From contig OZ024742.1 in NCBI GenBank assembly GCA_964016885.1, positions 806,001-870,000 on the forward strand: a stretch of 64,000 nucleotides of DNA, read 5' to 3'. The notes beneath the pieces are model-generated. The model was not told the origin of the DNA, searched no databases, and saw nothing but the letters and a program-made list of their open reading frames with translations. The stretch comes from Eledone cirrhosa. Lineage: Eukaryota. Positions within the stretch are counted from its first letter, which is position 1. Each line of letters begins with the position of its first letter. Both the position numbers and the translations under genes were made by a program. Positions 24,001 to 36,000 of this stretch are shown one piece after another.

Positions 24001-27000
24001 TGTGGTCTAGTGGTATAGGTGTTAGTGGAGGTGTGTGGCCTAGTGGTAAAGGTGTTCTGTAGAGGTGTGTGGTCTAGTGGTAAAGGTGTTAGTGGAGGTG
24101 TGTGGCCTAGTGGTAAAGGTGTTCTGTGGAGGTGTGTGGTCTAGTGGTAAAGGTGTTCTGTGGAGGTGTGTGGTCTAGTGGTAAAGGTGTTCTGTAGAGG
24201 TGTGTGGTCTAGTGGTATAAGTGATCTGTGGAGGTGTGTGGTCTAGTGGTATAGGTGTTCTGTGGAGGTGTGTGGTCTAGTGGTAAAGGTGTTCTGTAGA
24301 GGTGTGTGGTAAAGGTGTTCTGTAGAGGTGTGTGGTCTAGTGGTAAAGGTGTTCTGTAGAGGTTTGTGGTTTAGTGGTAAAGGTGTTCTGTGGAGGTGTG
24401 TGGTCTAGTGGTATAGGTGTTCTGTGGAGGTGTGTGGTCTAGTGGTATAGGTGTTCTGTGGAGGTGTGTGGTCTAGTGGTAAAGGTGTTAGTGGAGGTGT
24501 GTGGTCTAGTGGTAAAGGTGTTAGTGGAGGTGTGTGGTCTAGTGGTAAAGGTGTTAGTGGAGGTCTGTGTTCTAGTGGTAAAGGTGTTCTGTGTAGGTGT
24601 GTGGTCTAGTGGTAAAGGTGTTAGTGGATGTGTGTGGTCTAGTGGTAAAGGTGTTCTGTGGAGGTGTGTGGTCTAGTGGTAAAGGTGTTAGTGGAGGTGT
24701 GTGGTCTAGTGGTAAAGGTGTTCTGTGTAGGTGTGTGGTCTAGTGGTAAAGGTGTTCGTGGAAGTGTGTGGTCTAGTGGTAAAGGTGTTAGTGGAGGTGT
24801 GTGGTCTAGTGGTAAAGGTGTTCTGTGGAGGTGTGTGGTCTAGTGGTAAAGGTGTTCTGCAGAGGTGTGTGGTCTAGTGGTAAAGGTGTTCTGTGGAGGT
24901 GTGTGGTCTAGTGGTGAAGGTGTGTGGTCTAGTGGTAAAGGTGTTCTGCAGAGGTGTGTGGTCTAGTGGTAAAGGTGTTCTGTGGAGGTGTGTGGTCTAG
25001 TGGTATAGGTGTTCTGTGGAGGTGTGTGGTCTAGTGGTAAAGGTGTTAGTGGAGGTGTGTGGTCTAGTGGTAAAGGTGTTCTGTAGAGGTGTGTGGTCTA
25101 GAGGTAAAGGTGGTAGTGGAGGTGTGTGGTCTAGTGGTAAAGGTGTTAGTGGAGGTCTGTGGTCTAGTGGTAAAGGTGTTCTGTGTAGGTGTGGTCTAGT
25201 GGTAAAGGTGTTAGTGGATGTGTGTGGTCTAGTGGTAAAGGTGTTCTGTGTAGGTGTGTGGTCTAGTGGTAAAGGTGTTCTGTGTAGGTGTGTGGTCTAG
25301 TGGTAAAGGTGTTAGTGGAGGTGTGTGGTCTAGTGGTAAAGGTGTTCTGTGTAGGTGTGTGGTCTAGTGGTAAAGGTGTTCGTGGAAGTGTGTGGTCTAG
25401 TGGTAAAGGTGTTAGTGGAGGTGTGTGGTCTAGTGGTAAAGGTGTTCTGTGGAGGTGTGTGGTCTAGTGGTAAAGGTGTTAGTGGAGGTGTGTGGTCTAG
25501 TGGTAAAGGTGTTCTGTGTAGGTGTGTGGTCTAGTGGTAAAGTTGTTAGTGGAGGTGTGTGGTCTAGTGGTAAAGGTGTTCTTTGGAGGTGTGTGGTCTA
25601 GTGGTAAAGGTGTTAGTGGAGGTGTGTAGTCTAGTGGTAAAGTTGTTAGTGGAGGTGTGTGGTCTAGTGGTAAAGGTGTTCTTTGGAGGTGTGTGGTCTA
25701 GTGGTAAAGGTGTTAGTGGAGGTATGTGGTCTAGTGGTAAAGGTGTTCTGTAGAGGTGTGTGGTCTAGTGGTAAAGGTGTTCTGTGGAGGTGTGTGGTCT
25801 AGTGGTAAAGGTGTTAGTGGAGGTGTGTGGCCTAGTGGTAAAGGTGTTCTGTGGAGGTGTGGTCTAGTGGTAAAGGTGTTCTGTGGAGGTGTGTGGTCTA
25901 GTGGTAAAGGTGTTAGTGGAGGTGTGTGGTCTAGTGGTAAAGTTGTTCTGTAGAGGTGTGTGGTCTAGTGATAAAGGTGTTCTGTGGAGGTGTGGTCTAG
26001 TGGTAAAGGTGTTAGTGGAGGTGTGTGGCCAAGTGGTAAATGTCTTCTGTGGAGGTGTGTTGTCTCGTGGTAAAGGTGTTCTGTAGAGGTGTGTGGTCTA
26101 GTGGTAAAGGTATTCTGTAGAGGTGTGTGGTCTAGTGGTAAAGGTGTTCTGTGGAGGTGTGTGGTCTAGTAGTAAAGGTGTTCTGTGGAGGTGTGTGGTC
26201 TAGTGGTAAAGGTGTTAGTGGAGGTGTGTGGTCTAGTGGTAAAGGTGTTCTGTGGAGGTGTGTGGTCTCGTGGTAAAGGTGTTCTGTAGAGGTGTGTGGT
26301 CTAGTGGTAAAGGTATTCTGTGGAGGTGTGTGGTCTAGTGGTAAAGGTGTTAGAGGAGGTGTGTGGTCTAGTGGTAAAGGTGTTAGTGGAGGTGTGTAGT
26401 CTAGTGGTAAAGGTGTTAGTGGAGGTGTGTGGTCTAGTGGTAAAGGTGTTAGTGGAGGTGTGTGGTCTAGTGGTAAAGGTGTTCTGTAGAGGTGTGTGGT
26501 CTAGTGGTAAAGGTGTTCTGTGGAGGTGTGTGGTCTAGTGGTAAAGGTGTTAGTGGAGGTGTGTGGTCTAGTGGTAAAGGTGTTAGTGGAGGTGTGTGGT
26601 CTAGTGGTAAGGGTGTTCTGTGGAGGTGTGTGGTCTATTGGTAAAGGTGTTAGTGGAGGTGTGTGGGCTAGTGGTAAAGGTGTTAGTGGAGGTGTGTGGT
26701 CTAGTGGTAAAGGTGTTCTGTAGAGGTGTGTGGTCTAGTGGTAAAGGTGTTAGTGGAGGTGTGTGGTCTAGTGGTAAAGGTGTTAGTGGAGGTGTGTGGT
26801 CTAGTGGTAAAGCTGTTCTGTAGAGGTGTGTGGTCTTGTGGTAAAGGTGTTCTGTAGAGGTGTGTGGTCTAGTGGTAAAGGTGTTAGTGGAGGTGTGTGG
26901 TCTAGTGGTAAAGCTGTTCTGTAGAGGTGTGTGGTCTTGTGGTAAAGGTGTTCTGTAGAGGTGTGTGGTCTAGTGGTAAAGGTATTAGTGGAGGTGTGTG

Positions 27001-30000
27001 GTCTAGTGGTAAAGGTGTTCTGTGGAGGTGTGGTCTAGTGGTAAAGGTGTTAGTGGAGGTGTGTGGTCTAGTGGTAAAGGTGTTCTGTGGAGGTGTGTGG
27101 TCTAGTGGTAAAGGTGTTCTGTAGAGTTGTGTGGTCTAGTGGTAAAGGTGTTCTGTGGAGGTGTGTGGTCTAGTGGTAAAGGTGTTAGTGGAGGTGTGTG
27201 GTCTAGTGGTAAAGGTGTTCTTTGGAGGTGTGTGGTCTAGTGGTAAAGGTGTTAGTGGAGGTGTGTGGTCTAGTGGTAAAGGTGTTAGTGGAGGTGTGTG
27301 GTCTAGTGGTAAAGGTGTTAGTGGAGGTGTGTGGTCTAGTGGTAAAGGTGTTAGTGGAGGTGTGTGGTCTAGTGGTAAAGGTGTTCTGTAGAGGAGTGTG
27401 GTCTAGTGGTAAAGGTGTTCTGTGGCGGTGTGTGGTCTAGTGGTAAAGGCGTTCTGTGGAGGTGTGTGGTCTAGTGGTAAAGGTGTTAGTGGAGGTGTGT
27501 GGTTTAGTGGTAAAGGTGTTCTGTAGAGGTGTGTGGTCTAGTGGTAAATGTGTTCTGTGGAGGTGTGTGGTCTAGTGGTAAAGGTGTTAGTGGAGGTGTG
27601 TGGTCTAGTGGTAAAGGTGTTCTGTGGAGGTGTGTGGTCTAGTGGTAAAGGTGTTAGTGAAGGTGTGTGGTCTAGTGGTAAAGGCGTTAGTGGAGGTGTG
27701 TGGTCTAGTGGTAAAGGTGTTAGTAGAGGTGTGTGGTCTAGTGGTAAAGGTGTTCTGTAGAGGTGTGTGGTCTAGTGGTAAAGGTGTTAGTGGAGGTGTG
27801 TGGCCTAGTGGTAAAGGTGTTCTGTGGAGGTGTGTGGTCTGGTGGCAAAGGTGTTCTGTAAAGGTGTGTGGTCTAGTGGTAAAGGCGTTCTGTAAAGGTG
27901 TGTGGTCTAGTGGTAAATGTCTTCTGTAGAGGTGTGTGGTCTAGTAGTAAAGGTGTTCTGTAGAGGTGTGTGGTCTAGTGGTAAAGGTCTTCTGTAGATG
28001 TGTGTGGCCTAGTGGTAAAGGTGTTAGTGGAGGTGTGTGGTCTAGTGGTAAAGGTGTTCTGTAGAGGTGTGTGGTCTAGTGGTATAGGTGTTAGTGGAGG
28101 TGTGTGGTCTAGTGGTAAAGGTGTTCTGTAGAGGTGTGTGGTCTAGTGGTAAAGGTGTTAGTGGAGGTGTGTGGCCTAGTGGTAAAGGTGTTCTGTGGAG
28201 GTGTGTGGTCTAGTGGTAAAGGTGTTCTGTGGAGGTGTGTGGTCTAGTGGTAAAGGTGTTCTGTAGAGGTGTGTGGTCTAGTGGTATAAGTGATCTGTGG
28301 AGGTGTGTGGTCTAGTGGTATAGGTGTTCTGTGGAGGTGTGTGGTCTAGTGGTAAAGGTGTTCTGTAGAGGTGTGTGGTAAAGGTGTTCTGTAGAGGTGT
28401 GTGGTCTAGTGGTAAAGGTGTTCTGTAGAGGTTTGTGGTTTAGTGGTAAAGGTGTTCTGTGGAGGTGTGTGGTCTAGTGGTATAGGTGTTCTGTGGAGGT
28501 GTGTGGTCTAGTGGTATAGGTGTTCTGTGGAGGTGTGTGGTCTAGTGGTAAAGGTGTTAGTGGAGGTGTGTGGTCTAGTGGTAAAGGTGTTAGTGGAGGT
28601 GTGTGGTCTAGTGGTAAAGGTGTTAGTGGAGGTCTGTGTTCTAGTGGTAAAGGTGTTCTGTGTAGGTGTGTGGTCTAGTGGTAAAGGTGTTAGTGGATGT
28701 GTGTGGTCTAGTGGTAAAGGTGTTCTGTGGAGGTGTGTGGTCTAGTGGTAAAGGTGTTAGTGGAGGTGTGTGGTCTAGTGGTAAAGGTGTTCTGTGTAGG
28801 TGTGTGGTCTAGTGGTAAAGGTGTTCGTGGAAGTGTGTGGTCTAGTGGTAAAGGTGTTAGTGGAGGTGTGTGGTCTAGTGGTAAAGGTGTTCTGTGGAGG
28901 TGTGTGGTCTAGTGGTAAAGGTGTTAGTGGAGGTGTGTGGTCTAGTGGTAAAGGTGTTAGTGGAGGTGTGTGGTCTAGTGGTAAAGGTGTTAGTGGAGGT
29001 GTGTGGTCTAGTGGTAAAGGTGTTCTGTGTAGGTGGTGGTCTAGTGGTAAAGGTGTTAGTGGAGGTGTGTGGTCTAGTGGTAAAGGTGTTCTGTGTAGGT
29101 GTGTGGTCTAGTGGTAAAGGTGTTAGTGGAGGTGTGTGGTCTAGTGGTAAAGGTGTTAGTGGAGGTGTGTGGTCTAGTGGTAAAGGTGTTAGTGGAGGTG
29201 TGTGGTCTAGTGGTAAAGGTGTTAGTGGAGGTGTGTGGTCTAGTGGTAAAGCTGTTCTGTAGAGGTGTGTGGTCTAGTGGTAAAGGTGTTCTGTGGAGGT
29301 GTGGTCTAGTGGTAAAGGTGTTAGTGGAGGTGTGTGGTCTAGTGGTAAAGGTGTTAGTGGAGGTGTGTGGTCTAGTGGTAAAGGTGTTAGTGGAGGTGTG
29401 TGGTCTAGTGGTAAAGCTGTTCTGTAGAGGTGTGTGGTCTAGTGGTAAAGGTGTTCTGTGTGGGTGTGTGGTCTAGTGGTAAAGGTGTTAATGGAGGTGT
29501 GTGGTCTAGTGGTAAAGGTGTTCTGTTGAGGTGTGTGGTCTAGTGGTAAAGGTGTTAGTGGAGGTGTGTGGTCTAGTGGTAAAGGTGTTCTGTGTAGGTG
29601 TGTGGTCTAGTGGTAAAGGTGTTAGTGGAGGTGTGGTCTAGTGGTAAAGGTGTTAGTGGAGGTGTGTGGTCTAGTGGTAAAGGTGTTCTGTGGAGGTGTG
29701 TGGTCTAGTGGTAAAGGTGTTAGTGGAGGTGTGCGGTCTAGTGGTAAAGGTGTTGTGTAGGTGTGTGGTCTAGTGGTAAAGGTGTTAGTGGAGGTGTGTG
29801 GTCTAGTGGTAAAGGTGTTAGTGGAGGTCTGTGGTCTAGTGGTAAAGGTGTTAGTGGAGGTGTGTGGTCTAGTGGTAAAGGTGTTCTGTGTAGGTGTGTG
29901 GTCTAGTGGTAAAGGTGTTAGTGGAGGTGTGTGGTCTAGTGGTAAAGGTGTTCTGTGGCGGTGTGTGGTCTAGTGGTAAAGGTGTTAGTGGAGGTGTGTG

Positions 30001-33000
30001 GTCTAGTGGTAAAGGTGTTCTGTGGAGGTGTGTGGTCTAGTGGTAAAGGTGTTCTGTAGAGGTGTTTGGTCTAGTGGTAAAGGTGTTCTGTGGAGGTGTG
30101 TGGTCTAGTGGTAAAGGTGTTAGTGGAGGTGTGTGGTCTAGTGGTAAAGGTGTTCTTTGGAGGTGTGTGGTCTAGTGGTAAAGGTGTTAGTGAGGTGTGT
30201 GGTCTAGTGGTAAAGGTGTTAGTGGAGGTGTGTGGTCTAGTGGTAAAGGTGTTCTTTGGAGGTGTGTGGTCTAGTGGTAAAGGTGTTCTGTGGAGGTGTG
30301 TGGTCTAGTGGTAAAGGTGTTAGTGAAGGTGTGTGGTCTAGTGGTAAAGGTGTTAGTGGAGGTGTGTGGTCTAGTGGTAAAGGTGTTAGTAGAGGTGTGT
30401 GGTCTAGTGGTAAATGTGTTCTGTGGAGGTGTGTGGTCTAGTGGTAAAGGTGTTGTGGAGGTGTGTGGTCTAGTGGTAAAGGTGTTAGTGGAGGTGTGTG
30501 GCCTAGTGGTAAAGGTGTTCTGTGGAGGTGGGGTCTAGTGGTAAAGGTGTTCTGTGGAGGTGTGTGGCCTAGTGGTAAAGGTGTTCTGTGGAGGTGTGTG
30601 GTCTAGTGGTAAAGGTGTTAGTGGAGGTGTGGTCTAGTGGTAAAGGTGTTCTGTAGAGGTGTGTGGTCTAGTGGTAAAGGTGTTAGTGGAGGTGTGTGGC
30701 CTAGTGGTAAAGGTGTTCTGTGGAGGTGTGTGGTCTGGTGGCAAAGGTGTTCTGTAAAGGTGTGTGGTCTAGTGGTAAAGGCGTTCTGTAAAGGTGTGTG
30801 GTCTAGTGGTAAATGTCTTCTGTAGAGGTGTGTGGTCTAGTAGTAAAGGTGTTCTGTGGAGGTGTGTGGTCTAGTGGTAATGGTCTTCTGTAGATGTGTG
30901 TGGTCTAGTGGTAAAGGTGTTAGTGGAGGTGTGTGTGGTCTAGTGGTAAAGGTGTTCTGTAGAGGTGTGTGGTCTAGTGGTATAGGTGTTAGTGGAGTAG
31001 TGTGGTCTAGTGCTAAAGGTGTTCTGTAGAGGTGTGTGGTCTAGTGGTAAAGGTATTCTGTAGAGGTGTGTGGTCTAGTGGTAAACGTGTTCTGTGGAGG
31101 TGTGTGGTCTAGTAGTAAAGGTGTTCTGTGGAGGTGTGTGGTCTCGTGGTAAAGGTGTTCTGTGGAGGTGCGTGGTCTAGTGGTAAAGGTATTCTGTGGA
31201 GGTGTGTGGTCTAGTGGTAAAGGTGTTAGAGGAGGTGTGTGGTCTAGTGGTAAAGCTGTTCTGTAGAGGTGTGTGGTCTAGTGGTAAAGGTGTTAGTGGA
31301 GGTGTGTGGTCTAGTGGTAAAGGTGTTCTGTGTAGGTGTGTGGTCTAGTGGTAAAGGTGTTAGTGGAGGTGTGTGGTCTAGTGGTAAAGGTGTAAGTGGA
31401 GGTGTGTGGTCTAGTGGTAAAGGTGTTCTGTAGAGGTGTGTGGTCTAGTGGTAAATGTGTTCTGTGGAGGTGTGTGGTCTAGTGGTAAAGGTGTTCTTTG
31501 GAGGTGCGTGGTCTAGTGGTAAAGGTGTTAGTGGAGGTATGTGGTCTAGTGGTAAAGGTGTTCTGTAGAGGTGTGGGGTCTAGTGGTAAAGGTGTTCTGT
31601 GGAGGTGTGTGGTCTAGTGGTAAAGGTGTTAGTGGAGGTGTGTGGTCTAGTGGTAAAGGTGTTCTGTAGAGGTGTGTGGTCTAGTGGTAAAGGTGTTCTG
31701 TGGAGGTGTGTGATCTAGTGGTAAAGGTGTTCTGTGGGGGTGTGTGGTCTAGTGGTAAAGGTGTTCTGTGGAGGTGTGTGGTCTAGTGGTAAATGTGTTA
31801 GTGGAGATGTGTTGTCTAGTCGTAAAGGTGTTAGTGGAGGTGTGTGGTCTAGTGGTAAAGGTGTTCTGTGGAGGTGTGTGGTCTAGTGGTAAAGGTGTTC
31901 TGTGGAGGTGTGTGGTCTAGTGGTAAAGGTGTTAGTGGAGGTGTGTGGTCTAGTGGTAAAGGTGTAAGTGGAGGTGTGTGGTCTAGTGGTAAAGGTGTTC
32001 TGTAGAGGTGTGTGGTCTAGTGGTAAATGTGTTCTCTGGAGGTGTGTGGTCTAGTGGTAAAGGTGTTCTGTGGAGGTGTGTGGTCTAGTGGTAAAGGTGT
32101 TAGTGGAGGTGTGTGGTCTAGTGGTAAAGGTGTTAGTGGAGATGTGTGGTTTAGTGGTAAAGGTGTTCTGTAGAGGTGTGTGGTCTAGTGGTAAAGGTGT
32201 TCTGTGGCGGTGTGTGGTCTAGTGGTAAAGGTGTTCTGTGGAGGTGTGTGGTCTAGTGGTAAAGGTGTTAGTGGAGATGTGTGGTCTAGTGGTAAAGGTG
32301 TTAGTGAAGATGTGTGGTTTAGTGGTAAAGGTGTTCTGTAGAGGTGTGTGGTCTAGTGGTAAAGGTGTTCTGTGGAGGTGTGTGGTCTAGTGGTAAAGGT
32401 GTTAGTGGAGGTGTGTGGTCTAGTGGTAAAGGGGTTCTGTGGAGGTGTGTGGTCTAGTAGTAAAGGTGTTCTGTGGAGGTGTGTGGTCTAGTGGTAAAGG
32501 TGTTAGTGGAGGTGTGTGATCTAGTGGTAAAGGTGTTAGTGGAGGTGTGTGGTCTAGTGTTAAAGGTGTTCTGTAGAGGTGTGTGGTCTAGTGGTAACGG
32601 TGTTCTGTGAAGGTGTGTGGTCTAGTGGTATAGGTGTTCTGTGGAGGTGTGTGGTCTAGTGGTATAGGTGTTCTGTGGAGGTGTGTGGTCTAGTGGTAAA
32701 GGTGTTAGTGGAGGTGTGTGGTCTAGTGGTAAAGGTGTTCTGTAGAGGTGTGTGGTCTAGTGGTAAAGGTGTTAGTGGAGGTGTGTGGTCTAGTGGTAAA
32801 GGTGTTAGTGGAGGTGTGTGGTCTAGTGGTAAAGGTGTTCTGGAGAGGTGTGTGGTCTAGTGGTAAAGGTGTTCTGTGGAGGTGTGTGGTCTAGTGGTAA
32901 AGGTGTTGTGTGGAGGTGTGTGGTCTAGTGGTAAAGGTGTTAGTGGAGATGTGTGGTCTAGTGGTAAAGGTGTTCTGTGGATGTGTGTGGTCTAGTGGTA

Positions 33001-36000
33001 TAGGTGTTAGTGGAGGTGTGTGGTCTAGTGGTAAAGGTGTTCTGTAGAGGTGTGTGGTCTAGTGGTAAAGGTGTGTGGTCTAGAGGTAAAGGTGTTAGTG
33101 GAGGTGTGTGGACTAGTGGTAAAGGTGTTCTGTGGAGGTGTGTGGTCTAGTGGTAAAGGTGTTCTGTGGAGGTGTGTGGTCTAGTGGTATCGGTGTTCTG
33201 TGGAGGTGTGTGGTCTAGTGGTATCGGTGTTCTGTGGAGGTGTGTGGTCTAGTGGTAAAGGTGTTCTGTAGAGGTGTGTGGTCTAGTGGTAAAGGTGTGA
33301 GTGGAGGTGTGTGGTCTAGTGGTAAAGGTGTTCTGTAGAGGTTTGTGGTTTAGTGGTAAAGGTGTTCTGTGGAGGTGTGTGGTCTAGTGGTAAAGGTGTT
33401 AGTGGAGGTGTGTGGTCTAGTGGTAAAGGTGTTAGTGGAGGTGTGTGGTCTAGTGGTAAAGGTGTTCTGCAGAGGTGTGTGGTCTAGTGGTAAAGGTGTT
33501 CTGTGGAGGTGTGTGGTCTAGTGGTGAAGGTGTGTGGTCTAGTGGTAAAGGTGTTCTGCAGAGGTGTGTGGTCTAGTGGTAAAGGTGTTCTGTGGAGGTG
33601 TGTGGTCTAGTGGTATAGGTGTTCTGTGGAGGTGTGTGGTCTAGTGGTAAAGGTGTTAGTGGAGGTGTGTGGTCTAGTGGTAAAGGTGTTCTGTAGAGGT
33701 GTGTGGTCTAGAGGTAAAGGTGGTAGTGGAGGTGTGTGGTCTAGTGGTAAAGGTGTTAGTGGAGGTCTGTGGTCTAGTGGTAAAGGTGTTCTGTGTAGGT
33801 GTGGTCTAGTGGTAAAGGTGTTAGTGGATGTGTGTGGTCTAGTGGTAAAGGTGTTCTGTGTAGGTGTGTGGTCTAGTGGTAAAGGTGTTCTGTGTAGGTG
33901 TGTGGTCTAGTGGTAAAGGTGTTAGTGGAGGTGTGTGGTCTAGTGGTAAAGGTGTTCTGTGTAGGTGTGTGGTCTAGTGGTAAAGGTGTTCGTGGAAGTG
34001 TGTGGTCTAGTGGTAAAGGTGTTAGTGGAGGTGTGTGGTCTAGTGGTAAAGGTGTTCTGTGGAGGTGTGTGGTCTAGTGGTAAAGGTGTTAGTGGAGGTG
34101 TGTGGTCTAGTGGTAAAGGTGTTCTGTGTAGGTGTGTGGTCTAGTGGTAAAGTTGTTAGTGGAGGTGTGTGGTCTAGTGGTAAAGGTGTTCTTTGGAGGT
34201 GTGTGGTCTAGTGGTAAAGGTGTTAGTGGAGGTGTGTAGTCTAGTGGTAAAGTTGTTAGTGGAGGTGTGTGGTCTAGTGGTAAAGGTGTTCTTTGGAGGT
34301 GTGTGGTCTAGTGGTAAAGGTGTTAGTGGAGGTATGTGGTCTAGTGGTAAAGGTGTTCTGTAGAGGTGTGTGGTCTAGTGGTAAAGGTGTTCTGTGGAGG
34401 TGTGTGGTCTAGTGGTAAAGGTGTTAGTGGAGGTGTGTGGCCTAGTGGTAAAGGTGTTCTGTGGAGGTGTGGTCTAGTGGTAAAGGTGTTCTGTGGAGGT
34501 GTGTGGTCTAGTGGTAAAGGTGTTAGTGGAGGTGTGTGGTCTAGTGGTAAAGTTGTTCTGTAGAGGTGTGTGGTCTAGTGATAAAGGTGTTCTGTGGAGG
34601 TGTGGTCTAGTGGTAAAGGTGTTAGTGGAGGTGTGTGGCCAAGTGGTAAATGTCTTCTGTGGAGGTGTGTTGTCTCGTGGTAAAGGTGTTCTGTAGAGGT
34701 GTGTGGTCTAGTGGTAAAGGTATTCTGTAGAGGTGTGTGGTCTAGTGGTAAAGGTGTTCTGTGGAGGTGTGTGGTCTAGTAGTAAAGGTGTTCTGTGGAG
34801 GTGTGTGGTCTAGTGGTAAAGGTGTTAGTGGAGGTGTGTGGTCTAGTGGTAAAGGTGTTCTGTGGAGGTGTGTGGTCTCGTGGTAAAGGTGTTCTGTAGA
34901 GGTGTGTGGTCTAGTGGTAAAGGTATTCTGTGGAGGTGTGTGGTCTAGTGGTAAAGGTGTTAGAGGAGGTGTGTGGTCTAGTGGTAAAGGTGTTAGTGGA
35001 GGTGTGTAGTCTAGTGGTAAAGGTGTTAGTGGAGGTGTGTGGTCTAGTGGTAAAGGTGTTAGTGGAGGTGTGTGGTCTAGTGGTAAAGGTGTTCTGTAGA
35101 GGTGTGTGGTCTAGTGGTAAAGGTGTTCTGTGGAGGTGTGTGGTCTAGTGGTAAAGGTGTTAGTGGAGGTGTGTGGTCTAGTGGTAAAGGTGTTAGTGGA
35201 GGTGTGTGGTCTAGTGGTAAGGGTGTTCTGTGGAGGTGTGTGGTCTATTGGTAAAGGTGTTAGTGGAGGTGTGTGGGCTAGTGGTAAAGGTGTTAGTGGA
35301 GGTGTGTGGTCTAGTGGTAAAGGTGTTCTGTAGAGGTGTGTGGTCTAGTGGTAAAGGTGTTAGTGGAGGTGTGTGGTCTAGTGGTAAAGGTGTTAGTGGA
35401 GGTGTGTGGTCTAGTGGTAAAGCTGTTCTGTAGAGGTGTGTGGTCTTGTGGTAAAGGTGTTCTGTAGAGGTGTGTGGTCTAGTGGTAAAGGTGTTAGTGG
35501 AGGTGTGTGGTCTAGTGGTAAAGCTGTTCTGTAGAGGTGTGTGGTCTTGTGGTAAAGGTGTTCTGTAGAGGTGTGTGGTCTAGTGGTAAAGGTATTAGTG
35601 GAGGTGTGTGGTCTAGTGGTAAAGGTGTTCTGTGGAGGTGTGGTCTAGTGGTAAAGGTGTTAGTGGAGGTGTGTGGTCTAGTGGTAAAGGTGTTCTGTGG
35701 AGGTGTGTGGTCTAGTGGTAAAGGTGTTCTGTAGAGTTGTGTGGTCTAGTGGTAAAGGTGTTCTGTGGAGGTGTGTGGTCTAGTGGTAAAGGTGTTAGTG
35801 GAGGTGTGTGGTCTAGTGGTAAAGGTGTTCTTTGGAGGTGTGTGGTCTAGTGGTAAAGGTGTTAGTGGAGGTGTGTGGTCTAGTGGTAAAGGTGTTAGTG
35901 GAGGTGTGTGGTCTAGTGGTAAAGGTGTTAGTGGAGGTGTGTGGTCTAGTGGTAAAGGTGTTAGTGGAGGTGTGTGGTCTAGTGGTAAAGGTGTTCTGTA